DNA of 62,556 nt, filler included, from Pirum gemmata (taxonomy: Eukaryota): NCBI GenBank assembly GCA_002812295.1. It is 15 parts of 15 records of this genome, joined end to end, with 100 filler letters (N's around TTAATTAATTAA, not from the genome) between each part and the next. Parts side by side here need not be neighbours in the genome. Positions count along the whole stretch, not along the records: positions 1 to 6,441 come from PDIN01001900.1; positions 6,542 to 10,347 come from PDIN01001901.1; positions 10,448 to 14,797 come from PDIN01001902.1; 12 more parts are not named here. One strand, 5' to 3'. Below the pieces are notes generated by a model that searched no databases, was not told the DNA's origin, and saw only the letters and a program-made list of their open reading frames with translations. Of the stretch, positions 1 through 13,291 are shown piece by piece (position 1 is the stretch's first letter; each line of letters begins with the position of its first letter). A program made the translations under genes and the position numbers.

Positions 1-734
1 AATAATAATAATAATAATACAATAGTAATAATAATAATTGTAAGTTTCTCGGTTATTTGGGTATATAAATAAAGAATTTGAGGCTTGGGCAAAGTGTCAC
101 AATCTTTGCTATAAATTAAATGTTGTTTTTCGGTATAAATGGGGTTTAAAATTTATTTATTTAATTATATTTTTAATTAAAATAATATTGTCAAAAAAAT
201 GTAGCTATAGGACATCGAGTAGATACAAATTTACAAGGAATATCCCAACTTTTAGAAAAGTTTTTCGTGTACCATGCCCACAGATTTCAGTAGCTTTGTG
301 AATTTGAATACACTATAATTGTAGCTTTTTCTTATATACGCGTCATTTTTCCTATTTATTTTTTTCTTGTATTTTTTAGTTTTTGCCAGGTTACTGTTCA
401 ACAGGGATGTTGCTCTGAGTTTGAGAGAGTTGTATGATAATCACAAACTTTAATTAGCGTGGGTGGGTGACAACGTGGATGGGCTAGGCTGCAAAAATCC
501 AGAACGTTCTTGTTGAGCACCTAGCTGAGCAAATATATATATATTCTATGATACATATTATACCATAATATTATCATTGAAAAAAAATGAAAAAAAAACC
601 AAAAAAACCTTTAGGCAAAAAATTATTTATTAAAAAATCAATAATTACCAAAAAAGATAACAAAACAAAACTTTTTTGATGGCAAAACTATGGCAAAGTT
701 ATTGTCGATAAATATATTTTAATTATAACGATCA

Positions 735-862
735 TTTAAAACTATTATTCTCTCATGTTAACTCTTTGTCTAAAAGCAACAGCATTAGTATTCATATATC
801 TACTAGAATATGAATCTTTCGAATTCTCATTGATTGGCCAACAAATTACTTAAGTTATTTGA
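735..862 (-). pseudogene. Degenerate duplicate of the 3' end of the 1036-2562 ORF
   Basis: Aligns by eye with ~1045-1175 (shared CATTAGTATTCATATATCTACT and TTTCGAATTCT), with indels; truncated at the MITE at 863. Confidence 0.7.
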
Positions 863-1023
863 ACAGTCAAGCCGGATAAAAATTGTGAAGTCCGCCATAT
901 GAGGTCAGTCTTTAAAAATAATAAAAATAATTCGGTTAGTTAGATTGGTTAGAATTAAAGGTTTTTAGAAAAGAAGTCCAAAAAAAAAAAAGATTTCTAC
1001 AGCTTTTTATCTGACTTGGCTGT
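863..1023. mobile_element. MITE family B, internally deleted copy
   Basis: Imperfect TIRs ACAGTCAAGCCGGATAAAAA (863-882) and TTTTTATCTGACTTGGCTGT (1004-1023). Internal sequence matches copies at 20999-21230, 37764-38008 and ~48760-48906. Confidence 0.75.
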
Positions 1024-1035
1024 TGGAAACTTTAA

Positions 1036-1947
1036 TCAAGATGGTTTAAAACTATGCTCCTCCCATATTAACTCTTGTCTAGGTGCAACAGGAGTAACAT
1101 TAGTATTCATATATCTACTGGAATATGAATATTTCGAATTCTTATTGACTGACAACAAATTATTAATGTTATTTGGAAGCTTATTATTTTGACAACGCAT
1201 ATAGTCATTTATGTTTTCGTTAAAACTACTGAAAGAATTACTACTCAAAGAACCGTTAGTATTGTTAGTAAAATTTAAGAAAAGATTATCACTACTAGCA
1301 CTATTTCTGCCATTATTATTACTATTGAACCCATTGTTATTTATAATGCCAGGGTTATATGCTACACTATTATCGCCATTGCATAATTCCAATATTGTTG
1401 AATTTATCAACCCTAACTCGTTGGCATTTGTCTTAACGTCAAAAAGCATATTCTCAACTTGGTTATTCACTTTACCATTATCGTAGAAACGACCAAGATT
1501 ATCACTACTATTACTATACAAATTATTATTATCATTAACGCAGTCGTTATTATTTTCAGAACAACTGTTTTCTGGAATATTACTGTACATCATGGAAACT
1601 AAGGTTGGATAAGAGGAAGAAAAATTGTTATGGTTATTATTATTACTAAAGTTGTTTTTACTATTCTTACTAGTAAAGTTCATATTGTCATGGCTATTAA
1701 TACTATCTTTGCAATTGTAACTATTACTATTGCTATTGTTGTCATCAGAACTACTCATGTTATCATTGGGTACCAAATCACAATTTTCTATTTCCATTTG
1801 CCCTTTATTCAAATTTTCCAAAAGTGTCTTTACTTCAGGTTTTATCATAATATAAGATTGAAGCTGTGCAAATTGTGGTTGCCGTTGGTGTGGTAGGTGC
1901 AATTGTGGTGGGTGTGGTTGTGAAGGCTGGTGTAGTTGTGGATGTAT

Positions 1948-1987
<40 letters not shown>

Positions 1988-2562
1988 GATGATTGTGGTG
2001 GGTGTGGTTGTGAAGGCTGGTGTAGTTGCGGATGTATTTGTTGTTGCTGTTGCTGCTGTGACGATTGTGGTGGGTGTGGTTGTGAAGGCTGGTGTAGTTG
2101 TGGACGTATTTGTTGTTGTTGCTGCTGTGACGATTGTGGTGGCTGTTGAAGCTGTTGCGGCTGTGGCTGTGGCTGGGGTGTTTGTTGCGGTGATTGCTCA
2201 ATTTCATAAACCGGAGACGGTGGTGGTGAATTGTAAGTACTTTGCATACTTAAGGGAAAGGATTTACTACATTGTACATTAGGTACACCAGAGGTGACCA
2301 TTTCTTTGGGTGTGTTATCAACGAATTGATAGTTTTCTTCTTTAACGCAAGTATTATAGGGAGACGAAAGTACTGGTGAGGTTGTCATGGGAGTTAATAC
2401 ATAGTTGTGATCAATAGGGTAAGTGTTCCTTCTTTTATTAAGATTCCTCTCAGCATCGTCAGTTTTATTATTGTAAACATCATTCACGCCGGCAGTGCAT
2501 GTAATGGAGTGGTTTTCCATTTCGTTAGTGATAAAAGAAACCATATCATCTTTATGGAACAC
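1036..2562 (-). CDS. Low-complexity Gln/Asn/Ser-rich protein (508 aa), probably disordered; may be the last exon of a longer gene
   Basis: 1.5-kb open frame in AT-rich DNA with three HPQLHQPSQPHPPQ-type repeats, poly-Q and an N-rich C-terminal half. No recognisable domain. Confidence 0.65.
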
Positions 2563-2679
2563 TGTCTCATAACTCTTACACCCTTTCTTATTAATTTTAT
2601 TACTATTCCTATTACTATTACTGTTACAATTTTTATTAGTGTTGGTGCTATTATTATTATTATTATTATTATTATTAAA

Positions 2680-2734
<55 letters not shown>

Positions 2735-2976
2735 ATAAAAATGGCAATATTAATTAGTGCAATGATGATATAGGCCTACGATAATATATACCCAAACCCA
2801 AACCCAACCTCAAGACTTAGTGTTTAAAATAACCATAGTTACTATAGTAAGGCTTTTCCAAAAAAAGCAAATTTTTTTAATACTAAGGTTTACAATTTAC
2901 TTAATTTGGAAGCCATAAATGTTTACAAGTTGCGCAGTTAGTGCCAATTTAAGGGTCATCTTCTCATAGGACTCTT

Positions 2977-3687
2977 TTAGGTGTCACCCCTCCTTCCATT
3001 AATCCTAGCGGGATCATTGAATCTTCCATGTGAAGATGCACTCGTTTGTAAATTAGAGAAATGGGCTCGCAAACATTCGTCATGAGCAGACTCCAATACG
3101 GCAATCATTTGAAAAAATTGAAGTAATTTCTCTTGCGTGTTGCAAAGTTTTAACCTTTCCGTGATTTGTTTAACTGCATGGTTATAAGCATTCCGTTGAT
3201 TAACTTGGGGAATCTGTAGTTGACCTTCAAATAGTTTTTTTGTATTATTATTGAAAGAATTTGCAATAGCTTCGTAATCATTTTCATCGAAACTATATTC
3301 GCCATCATCGTCAGTATGTTCCTCGTTTGAATACTCATTATTGAAGTTATCGTAATCATCAGTATGTTCCTCGTTTGAATACTCATTGTCTTCGTTGAGA
3401 GACTGTTCAGGATTAGAACAATCATAAATCTCTAGACCATGATAACCTACGGCAAAATTGAAATCTTCACGTTTTCGTTCTATTTTTAATTCACCAGAAA
3501 GAAAACGATTATACCATCTAAAATGAATGTCATCCAAAAAATAATCACCTTTGTTTACACATATTATGTGCCTGCAAGGTAATAAACACCTTTCAAAAAA
3601 TTTGCAGCTACATTTGAGGCAAAGTTTTCCTTCATGATTAAACACAGAGACAGTTCTAATTTTCGGACTAGTGTTTTGTTTCCATAG

Positions 3688-3690
<3 letters not shown>
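2977..3690 (-). mobile_element. SWIM zinc-finger C-terminal fragment of a Mutator/MULE-type transposase (or a SWIM protein)
   Basis: CSCKFFERCLLPCRHIICV fits SWIM CxC-x(n)-CxH and is followed by IHFRW, typical of MULE C-termini. Upstream is an AAT microsatellite and an N gap; no DDE domain is visible. Confidence 0.7.
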
Positions 3691-3722
<32 letters not shown>

Positions 3723-3723
3723 A

Positions 3724-3757
<34 letters not shown>

Positions 3758-3928
3758 GTATCATTNNNNNNNNNNNNNNNNNNNNNNNNNNNNNNNNNNN
3801 NNNNNNNNNNNNNNNNNNNNNNNNNATAATAATAATAATAATAATAATAATAAAGAACAACATAAGAATCAAAGTTAAGATCAAGAAAAACCGAATTACA
3901 GAGGAAGAATAGTGTAAACAAAACTTAC

Positions 3929-4223
3929 TCTTTTTTTTCATCAACATCCTTTTTAGGAAATGCAGTAACTTCGGTACTTACCCTTTGACTGCCTCTATTC
4001 GTGTATCTATTTTCTACGTCCAATCGTTTTTGGGCACCTATTGATTTATTGCGGGCTAAAGTAGCCAATGTTTTGCTTAAATCAACCGCAGCTATATCGG
4101 GACTTTTATAAGGAGTGAAATCTTGATACATAGTTTGGGGGCGGGCAGTGCCTCTACTACGAAAACTATCAGTTCTACTACCAATGCTTCGACTGTTGTT
4201 TCGGGAAAGTTCACTGTCATTGC
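3929..4223 (-). CDS. Internal exon of the PDZ-containing gene (Ser/Arg-rich linker)
   Basis: TTTAG acceptor, open frame GNDSELSRNN...DVDEKK, GTAAGT donor; phase-compatible with the 4757-4882 exon. Confidence 0.6.
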
Positions 4224-4373
4224 CTAAACTCGTAATTTTTCAGTTGAAATAAGAAAAAAGAACTGTGATTAGTAATAATTGATGTTGATGGCGATAATGA
4301 CGATGGTGACGATGATGATGGCATAGCATTAACAATAACAATAATAATGATAATGATAATGANCACACACACA

Positions 4374-4441
<68 letters not shown>

Positions 4442-4756
4442 ACACACACACACACACACACGGTTAACTTTTTTAAAAGTAATTAATTACCGTACTATTC
4501 ACTCTTTTCGTTTTTGAAAAAAGAAATCAATTAAGACTACCAGATTAACTTATGTACTGTGTTAAGGGTTATGGCTACTGGTATGGCCAGGGTTATGATT
4601 AGGTTTATCAGAGTTAGGGTTACTGTTAGAGTTAGCGTTTTTGTTAGGGATAGGCATACGTTGTTATTTATTTGGTTAGGTCTTAAAAAGTTCGATTATT
4701 AATTTCAAAGTACCAACTAAAAATGGAAGTGACAACATGAATGAAATTGAAGATAC

Positions 4757-4882
4757 CTTTCGGATTGTAAACAACTTGCATATGACAATTAGCTTCAGCG
4801 GGAATTGCTGTTATGATATCGTATGCTTTTTGTAAAGAAATATTCTCAAAATTCGTTTTGTTGACCGTTAATATTTGATCTC
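4757..4882 (-). CDS. Exon encoding the C-terminal half of a PDZ domain (not in the ORF track)
   Basis: AG acceptor, then GDQILTVNKTNFENISLQKAYDIITAIPAEANCHMQVVYNPK, then GT donor. GDxILxVN plus the following helix is the PDZ signature. Confidence 0.8.
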
Positions 4883-5295
4883 CTACTCTATTAATTTATC
4901 AATATAAAAAAAATAGAAAAATAAAGTAATTAGATACATCGAGAGTGCCTTACCCCTAACCCAAACCCTAACCTTAACCTTAACCTTAACCCTAACAACT
5001 TTAACCTCAACCCAGTTTAAAAACCTTAATTAGCTCTAATAATAAACTTTCACTCACCCTTGAAATAAAAATTCAATTTAAATTGACCATATAAACCAAC
5101 CGACCCCCACCAATCAACCCTAGGTCTAAGTCTAAGTCTAAGCAAAACCTTAACCTTAACCTTAACTCTAATCATAACCCTATCATTAACCTTGACCCTA
5201 ACCCTAACCCTAACCCTAACCCTAACCCTNNNNNNNNNNNNNNNNNNNNNNNNNNNNNNNNNNNNNNNNNNNNNNNNNNNNNNNNNNNNNNNNNN

Positions 5296-5670
5296 ACACA
5301 CACACAAACACAAACATACACAAACATACGCATACAGAAACATACACAAACATACACAAACACACAGACACAAATAAACACACAAATACAAACACAAACA
5401 CACACAGCACACACACAGCCACGCACAACCACACGCCACAAACAGCCACGCACAGCCACATACAGCCATATACAGCCACATACAGCCACATACAGCCACA
5501 TACAGCCACATACAGCCACATACAGCCACATACAAGCCACATACAGCCACTTACAAGCCACATACAGCCACATACAGCCACATACAGCCACACACAGATA
5601 CACACAGATACACACAAACACACAGACACACACAGACACACACAGACACACATACACACAGACACACCCA
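5296..5670. repeat. CA-rich microsatellite with a 10-bp ACATACAGCC minisatellite
   Basis: Tandem TACAGCCACA units at ~5450-5590 inside AC-rich tracts. Confidence 0.9.
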
Positions 5671-6231
5671 CACGCGCCTACTCTAAAATATCAACAATAA
5701 TAATAGGGATTTTCTTGGTGAGCGATATCTAGTCCTAAGTTGTGTTACACTGTAAATAACATAGTTTTTGGCGATTTTTATGAAAATGTAAGATTTCAAA
5801 ATTCTCGATTTACAAATCTCATGTTCCACTGAAAGAAGAAAAAAAAAATGATGCTAATGCGAAATAAAAACACACACAGATTACCCTCTTTAAAATAACG
5901 CAAAAATGGTAAAAATGGCAAGCGCGGTAATACCTTAGTAAAATATCTAGTCCTGAGCTGAGTTATACTGGCAATCGTCCCAGCTTGGTTATTTTCAAAT
6001 GATGAGGAAATAGCATGTCTTGTATTGGCCTCTAGATCCCCATTCTATAATTAAAAAATTACAATGTTATTATTATTGATGTTAAAATGCCACATATATA
6101 TAAAATTCTAAATTGATAAATTAAGCTACAACTTTTATTATAGCTACCATAGAGAAAAAAATCAGCATTTGTTGTTCTTGCTCTTGTTGTTCTAGTTGTT
6201 GTTGCTGCTGCTGTGGTGTTATTACTATTAC

Positions 6232-6280
<49 letters not shown>

Positions 6281-6441
6281 TTCACTTTCATTATTGCCAC
6301 CATCATCATCTTTGTGGTTAAGCGCAGCAAGTATATACTGCTCATTATCCTTGGTATTATCATTATGATTTTTATCGTTGTTGTCGTTATTGTTACTACT
6401 ACTACTACTGCTGCTGCTGCTGTTGTTGTTGTTGTTGTTGT

Positions 6442-6541
6442 NNNNNNNNNNNNNNNNNNNNNNNNNNNNNNNNNNNNNNNNNNNNTTAATTAATTAANNN
6501 NNNNNNNNNNNNNNNNNNNNNNNNNNNNNNNNNNNNNNNNN
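6442..6541. other. Artificial scaffold-joining spacer (first of 14)
   Basis: 44 N + TTAATTAATTAA (stops in all frames) + 44 N. Identical spacers at 10348, 14798, 18721, 22601, 26522, 30387, 34320, 38221, 42099, 46016, 49925, 53854 and 58662, each 100 nt. Confidence 0.97.
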
Positions 6542-7249
6542 TTCAAATCATTTTTTTTGAAATTAATGGTTTATTATTATTATTATTAATTCGTTAATAT
6601 TGTGATACTACTATTACTAGTACTACTGCTTACTCTATTACTCAAGATCTAGTATTATTATTATTTGATATAATTATTATCTACGTATTAATATAAAGGT
6701 AATTCTACAATATCTCTGTCTGTTTCCTAAATTTTTGTTATAACAAACAACAATTAAAATAATATGTTTTGCTTTAAAAACTCAGAAAGAATGAAATTTA
6801 GGTTATGATATGTGTGTTTGACCTTAATTAATTATTGTTTATTTAGTTTGTTGTTTGTTGTTTGTTGTTTGTTGTTTGTTGTCTGTAGTGTGTTATTAAT
6901 ATTTATTGTTTGTCGGTTGTTGGTTGTTGGTTGTGTTTTGTTTTTCGTTGTTTGTTGTTTGTTGTTTGGTTAGTTAGATTATTATGATATATTAATAATT
7001 AGTTATATATATTTTTTTACGTCTAAAGCATTGCCTGAATTAATTATAAATTACTTAGTCGATATATTAATCCTAATCTAACCTAACGCTCACCCTCACC
7101 CTCACCCTGATCCCTAACAGTCCTAAACTCTAACCCTAACCCTAACCCTAGCCCTCTTTTTAAAATACCAACATAAACTAATTAATATTTATTAATATAA
7201 TAATAATAACATAATTATATTATAGTTAGTTAATGAATATTTTTGAGAT

Positions 7250-9811
7250 TGTATTTTTCAATAGTTTTGTTTAGTTAAACTATCAGACATGTTTTAATTA
7301 AATTGGTATTTTTGATTAAAGTTGTACATGTATTTTATAAACAAGTTCCCTTGGATTTATATTTTGAAATAGAAATAGAATTATTAGCATATTAGCTATA
7401 AGGTATAATTGTAATGTAATATTAATAATAATAATATAATTATTATAAAACCAACTAGTCTAGCTCTAGCTATCTACTATCATAGCTAGCTAGAGCTGGC
7501 TAACCCTAACCCTAACCCCTAACCCTAACCCTAACCCTCTAACCCTAACCCCTAACCCTAACCCTAACCCTAACCCTATCGTAGTCTATCGATAGAAAGA
7601 GACAGAAACAGAGAGAAGTAGTACTAGTCAACGTTCATATATTCCTCTCAATTTTTAATTCGGTATTGTTTAAGTGTATAATTGAACTTGTTTATAAAAT
7701 AAATCATTAAGTATAAAATACCAAATAAATTAAAAAATGTCTGATAGTTTAACCATAATAATAATTTGGTATATGTTTATTAAAATTTTCAGTTTTTGAA
7801 CTGGACAACACTATTGAAAAACACGATGAGAGGTTCAATCTATTTTTTTAAAAAATATATATAACGTTAACTATTAATTAATTACACTAGATAATAAAAA
7901 TAATACTAAATTTAACTATATCCAAGGACTTCAAAGTCCTTGCTATATCTAAATAAATAATAAAATCAATAACAAAATATTCAGAAAAGTGAAATTTATT
8001 ACAAAGCTGGATGGGAGTTTGATTTAAATTGAGTGGGGCAAGTTCAATCGAATTAAAAACGTGACTAATTATTAATATTAATATTTATTATAATAATTAT
8101 AATACTAATATTCTGGAAAAAAATAGACTAGGTTACAAAGGTCTAATTTTCAGAATAATATTAATATTACAGTATTTTTATAAAATCTTAACTACGGTTG
8201 TCCTCTCAATCTTTAAAATTTAGTATCTGTTTTTAAAAGTTTATAATTGAACGAGTACTTATTTAAACTCTAGCCCGTTTATTAATATAAAATACAACAT
8301 TAATTATAAAATACCAAATTAATTAAAACATGCCTAATAGTTTAGCCATAAAAATAATTTGGTTTGTTTATTTCAGTTTTTGAACTGGACAACAAAAAAC
8401 ACTTAAAAAACCATGATGGGAATTTATTTATTTATTTATATAATAATATTATATAGACACTTAATCCAATAAAGTGGCAAAATGTGCGAAATCTGGACAA
8501 TATAGACTAGTAACTGAATACAAAAGTGAGTCAAAAGTGCCAGTATTTGCACTTTTATCACTTTTTATCACATGAAGTGTCTATATAAATGGAAAAACAC
8601 AAGTAGTCTCTACGCTACTCTCTAGTCTCTACTCTAGCTAGTAGTAGACTAGCTATCATACTATAAGTCTACTATAGTAGCTAGACACACCTTCCATGAA
8701 TCTGAAGATTCTGGAGTTCCGAAACCAGGGCCAAAAGGCCCAAAGCTAGTCATATTAAAAGTGACTCATAACACTCTCATATTAAACCCTAACCCTTTAA
8801 AAAACCCTAACCCTAATTACCCTAACCCTAACCCTAACCCTAACCCTATTAATAAACCCTAACCCTAGCTAGCTCTAGCTAGCTAGCCCTAACCCTAACC
8901 CTAGCCCTAACCCTAACTTCCAAAACTGTGCCAAAGTCAACTCAACTATTTATTGCTGTCTATTTTAAAGAATGCTGGCAACTTTAACTCTTACGAGGTT
9001 GAAACAGTTACTTCAAAAAGTCTTCAAAAGGCGTTTCGATAGATCCTCAATAGATCATTGGTTTTAATTTTAAAAAAATAATATTGTGGTTTTCAGTTCA
9101 AAAACTGAAATAAACGTACCAAATTATTATCATGGTTAAGCTATCAGACATGTTTTGATTAATTTGGTATTTTATACTTTTAACGTTGTATTTATAAACA
9201 AGTTCAATTATACATTTAAACAGTACCAAATTAAAGATGGAGAGGACAATTTTAATAATGAAATAGACGATATTATTATAAATAATTATTTATAATAAAG
9301 ACCTATGATAGTAATATTATTTTTTAAAAGACATAGGAAACATTCATTAATGACGTCACTATTTAAATACTTTGAGCTAAGGCTCAATAAATTCAAAAAA
9401 AGAATAAACTCAATAGCTTGATTTGTTATAAAGATTTATAGCCCTAAATTTGGGGACGAATTCGACCCCACTATACTTGTCAACACTAGCTAGTTTGAAG
9501 AATGAAGAGTTAATTAGAATGAGTAGAATGATTAGTCTATAGCTATTATTTAAATAATAATAGAAGCTGATTGTAGTATCGGAATAGTGTTGTCCAGTTC
9601 AAAAACTGAAATAAACATACAAAATAGTTTTCCAAATTATTATTATGGTTAATTAAACTATCATACATGTTTTAATTAATTTGATATTTTATACTATTTT
9701 ATATTAATACTTAATTAATGTTGTATTTTATAAATAAGTTGAATTATACACTAAGTCTTGAATAGTATTAAATTAAAGATTGAGATGGTAACTGTAATTA
9801 AATAGACGATA
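7250..9811. mobile_element. Cluster of five copies of the ~200-bp MITE family C
   Basis: Copies at ~7250-7380 (+), 7640-7828 (-), 8192-8420 (-), 9080-9272 (+) and 9584-9811 (+). They share AAACTATCAGACATGTTTTAATTAATTTGGTATTTT and GATTGAGAGGACAAC-type blocks. Confidence 0.8.
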
Positions 9812-10821
9812 AGTAGGTACTAGCCTAGTAGTAGTAGTTAATAAGGTTTAAATACTGTAGGGAGAAGTGTGGTCAAGTGGCGACGTGTCACGATATTAAT
9901 ATTATGAACAGTGAACCCGCTATATGAACAGTGAACCCGTGATCATCATATTTTAATAGATAGTTTTATCATTATTAGACTTATTTCTTCTTTTTTGTAT
10001 TTTAATATATATAATATTATAGACGTTAATATGAATTAACGTTTGTATAGTTTAAAAATATTATTATAATATAATATATAGGGTATATCATACTTATATC
10101 ATACAATTTTTTTTTTTTTAAAAAAAAAAGTTGTCTGAACTTGTCTCTGTTATCTCAGTTGCTCCTGGCCCCCTGGGCCGTCGAATTTAGTAGAAAGCGC
10201 CTGGCGTGATCGTAGACTCGTAGTGTGGGTGGCTAATAAAATTAAATAAACTGCTATCAATAGTATCAAGCCTATCATAATATTACATTAAAATTTTTTT
10301 CATCTATGATATTAAAAAAAAATTCAAGGTTTTTTTTTTTTTTTTTTNNNNNNNNNNNNNNNNNNNNNNNNNNNNNNNNNNNNNNNNNNNNTTAATTAAT
10401 TAANNNNNNNNNNNNNNNNNNNNNNNNNNNNNNNNNNNNNNNNNNNNAAAAAAAAAACTTAATTATTTTAATTATTATTTTGTTATATATATCATTACAT
10501 AAATTATCTCCTTCACAAACGGGAGAAAGGTGCCTATATAGTATTAAACTATTTTACTATTTATTACTATTATTATTATCATTATTTATTATTATTATTA
10601 TTATTATATCGATAAGTAAATAGTGGTGAAAAAACGACTAGGAAAAACGAACACTACAAATAAAAAAAAAATTTGTTTTTTTTTATTTCTTATGATACCT
10701 AATATAATAACATTTCAAAGTATTCTCAAAAATATACGATGTAAAAAAAAGGCGGGAAAAATAACCAAAAAATATTCAAGTTTTTTCTTGTTTTCTATTG
10801 GCTTTATTTTAGCGGGAAAGT

Positions 10822-10934
<113 letters not shown>

Positions 10935-11800
10935 NNNNNNNNNNNNNNNNNNNNNNCCCCGTTCCTCTCCCTTTTTGAATCAGGTCTTAATTAATTTGAA
11001 CTTATTTCGATCTTTGTATTAAAATTTTTTATTTTGCTTGGTAAGTACGTTAATAATAATGAACAAATCGAATCATACCTGGATATATTTATATGTTCAA
11101 AAATCGAATGTAACTAACAGAGTTTACAATAGAACATGTTTTGTTTCTATAAACAAACAGGATGTATGCTCCAGAATCGAATCAAAATTTTATATTACGA
11201 TAAACAAAAGCGTTTCAGATGTAACAACAAACAGTTGGCATTATTTACATAATCGTTTTTCAGGTCCCAATAAACACCTTGAAGTACGACTATGATGATA
11301 ATGATGATGTAGAGGAGGAAGGATATTTCACTTTCACCAACCAAACTAACAAAGAATGGTCTTTAATTAGTATACACAGTGTTTGCTAATCCTTCATACT
11401 TCGGTTAGGAAAATGTAGCTAACAGAGTCACAATATAAATAGAACATGCTTATATATCATGATATAAAATAAATGAATAATAGATAAAAAAATCTATTTC
11501 CTCGGTGAAATGACAAACTATACTTATGAATGCTCTAAAAATTGTATACATCCAGAACAACATTCTATTTAAAAGAATTCGTTATGATACTTTGATATAA
11601 TGATAGTTACTTTTTTTACTTTTACTTTTACTTTTACTTTTACTTTTTTTCATTTTCCTTTTCCTTTCTACAGACAACTTTTTATATCAATAATAATAAT
11701 AATAAAGAAAAGAAAGAAACTCAGAACTTAATATAATCAGGCAATAAAATATAAAATCATAACGGAAAACAAATAGCTAATAACATGTACAATATGTTAT

Positions 11801-12059
11801 TTAATTTTCTTCATTCAAAAGAAGCTCATCATGGTTCAAAAGGAATAATGAAGCTGGATCAATGCCAAGATCCTTTAAATCATTTGTAATTTCGATAACT
11901 ATGGCATTTCTTAACTGTTTCTTATGGGAAAATAAAAGCTCTTTCAATTTTTTAATTCGAAACTTTCTTTGTCCTGTTCGTTGCTGGTCAGAATTTGCAT
12001 AGTAACTACCTTGGGGTGATTCATTCATTATACATCCTCGAACGTGATCATGAGTTCCT
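11801..12059 (-). CDS. Last exon of the CCCH/RING/IBR gene
   Basis: TTTTTCAG acceptor. Joins the donor at 13291 in frame (TS-R-GTHDHVRGC), supplying the final His/Cys zinc ligands; ends at TAA. Confidence 0.8.
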
Positions 12060-12953
12060 CTGAAAAAATAAATGTTTAAGCCCAATTATCAAAAAAAAAG
12101 CAATGCATTAATCAAAGAATTAAGGATTAAAGAGTTAGTATTATATATAGTAATCAAAAAAGTAATAAAAACAGTGATAGTAGATATAGTAGTAACTGAG
12201 ATCAGTAACTGTAATAGTAATAGTAATATATATACAGTAACAGCAATAACAGTAATTATGCTTAATGGCAATTAATATATAATAATAGATTGTAATAGTA
12301 AAAGTAAAAATAAAAGTAAAAGTAAAAGTAGGTATACGCAGTAACTATAATTTTTACTGTAGTAGTAACAGAATAATAATATATAGTAACGATCATTAAT
12401 TATAATAGTAATAATAGTAATAGTATTAATAATGGTAATAGTAATAAATATATTAATAGCAATAGCAAACTTAGCAATTATAATTAATAGTAATCCCAAA
12501 TGATAGTAATTCATATAGTAATACAGAATTATAATAATAATAATAGTATTAATAATAGAAATGGTAATATACTAATAGAGGTAATAATAGCAATAATAAC
12601 ATCATTTCCAGTGATAGTAATTAATATAATAATAGAAATAGTAATAGTAATAGAAATAGAAATAGAAATAGAAATAGAAACAGTAATAATAATTAATAGC
12701 ATTAGCAATAGCAGTATTGGTAATAGAACAAAGTAATATTTTAATAGTAATATAGTAAAAGAAATATGTATACTTAGTAATATTAATAGTAATAATAGTA
12801 ATATAGTAGTGTTGATCATGATACTGGTACTGGCACCATTATTGACACCGATACCGATACCGATACCTATATGTTAATAGTAATTTTAATAGCATTATTA
12901 GTAGGGATATAGTATTAGCAACAGTGATAGTATTACTAATACTATTAATAGTA

Positions 12954-12992
<39 letters not shown>

Positions 12993-13291
12993 TAATAATA
13001 TTAATAATAGTAATAATAACTATAATGATAGTAATAGTAATGATATAATAATAATATTAATATTAATAATAATAATATATTAATATTAGTCTTATTAGTA
13101 ACAGTAGTGATTTTAAAGCTTGCAAATTGAATTAATGAATAAATAAACAGAAATTTGTTTTGGTTGTAATTATAATATTATATATAATGTGCTATATGAG
13201 TCTATATGCATGTTATAGAATACCAGATCAACAAATTTTATATATATAAACTACACTGAAATTAATATTAAACTTTAAATAATTAATTAAC

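Noticed and set aside
8695..8755. CTGAAGA...CGAAAC hammerhead-ribozyme-like core
   Set aside because: Stem II does not pair next to the core and no contiguous stem I/III with an NUH site can be drawn.
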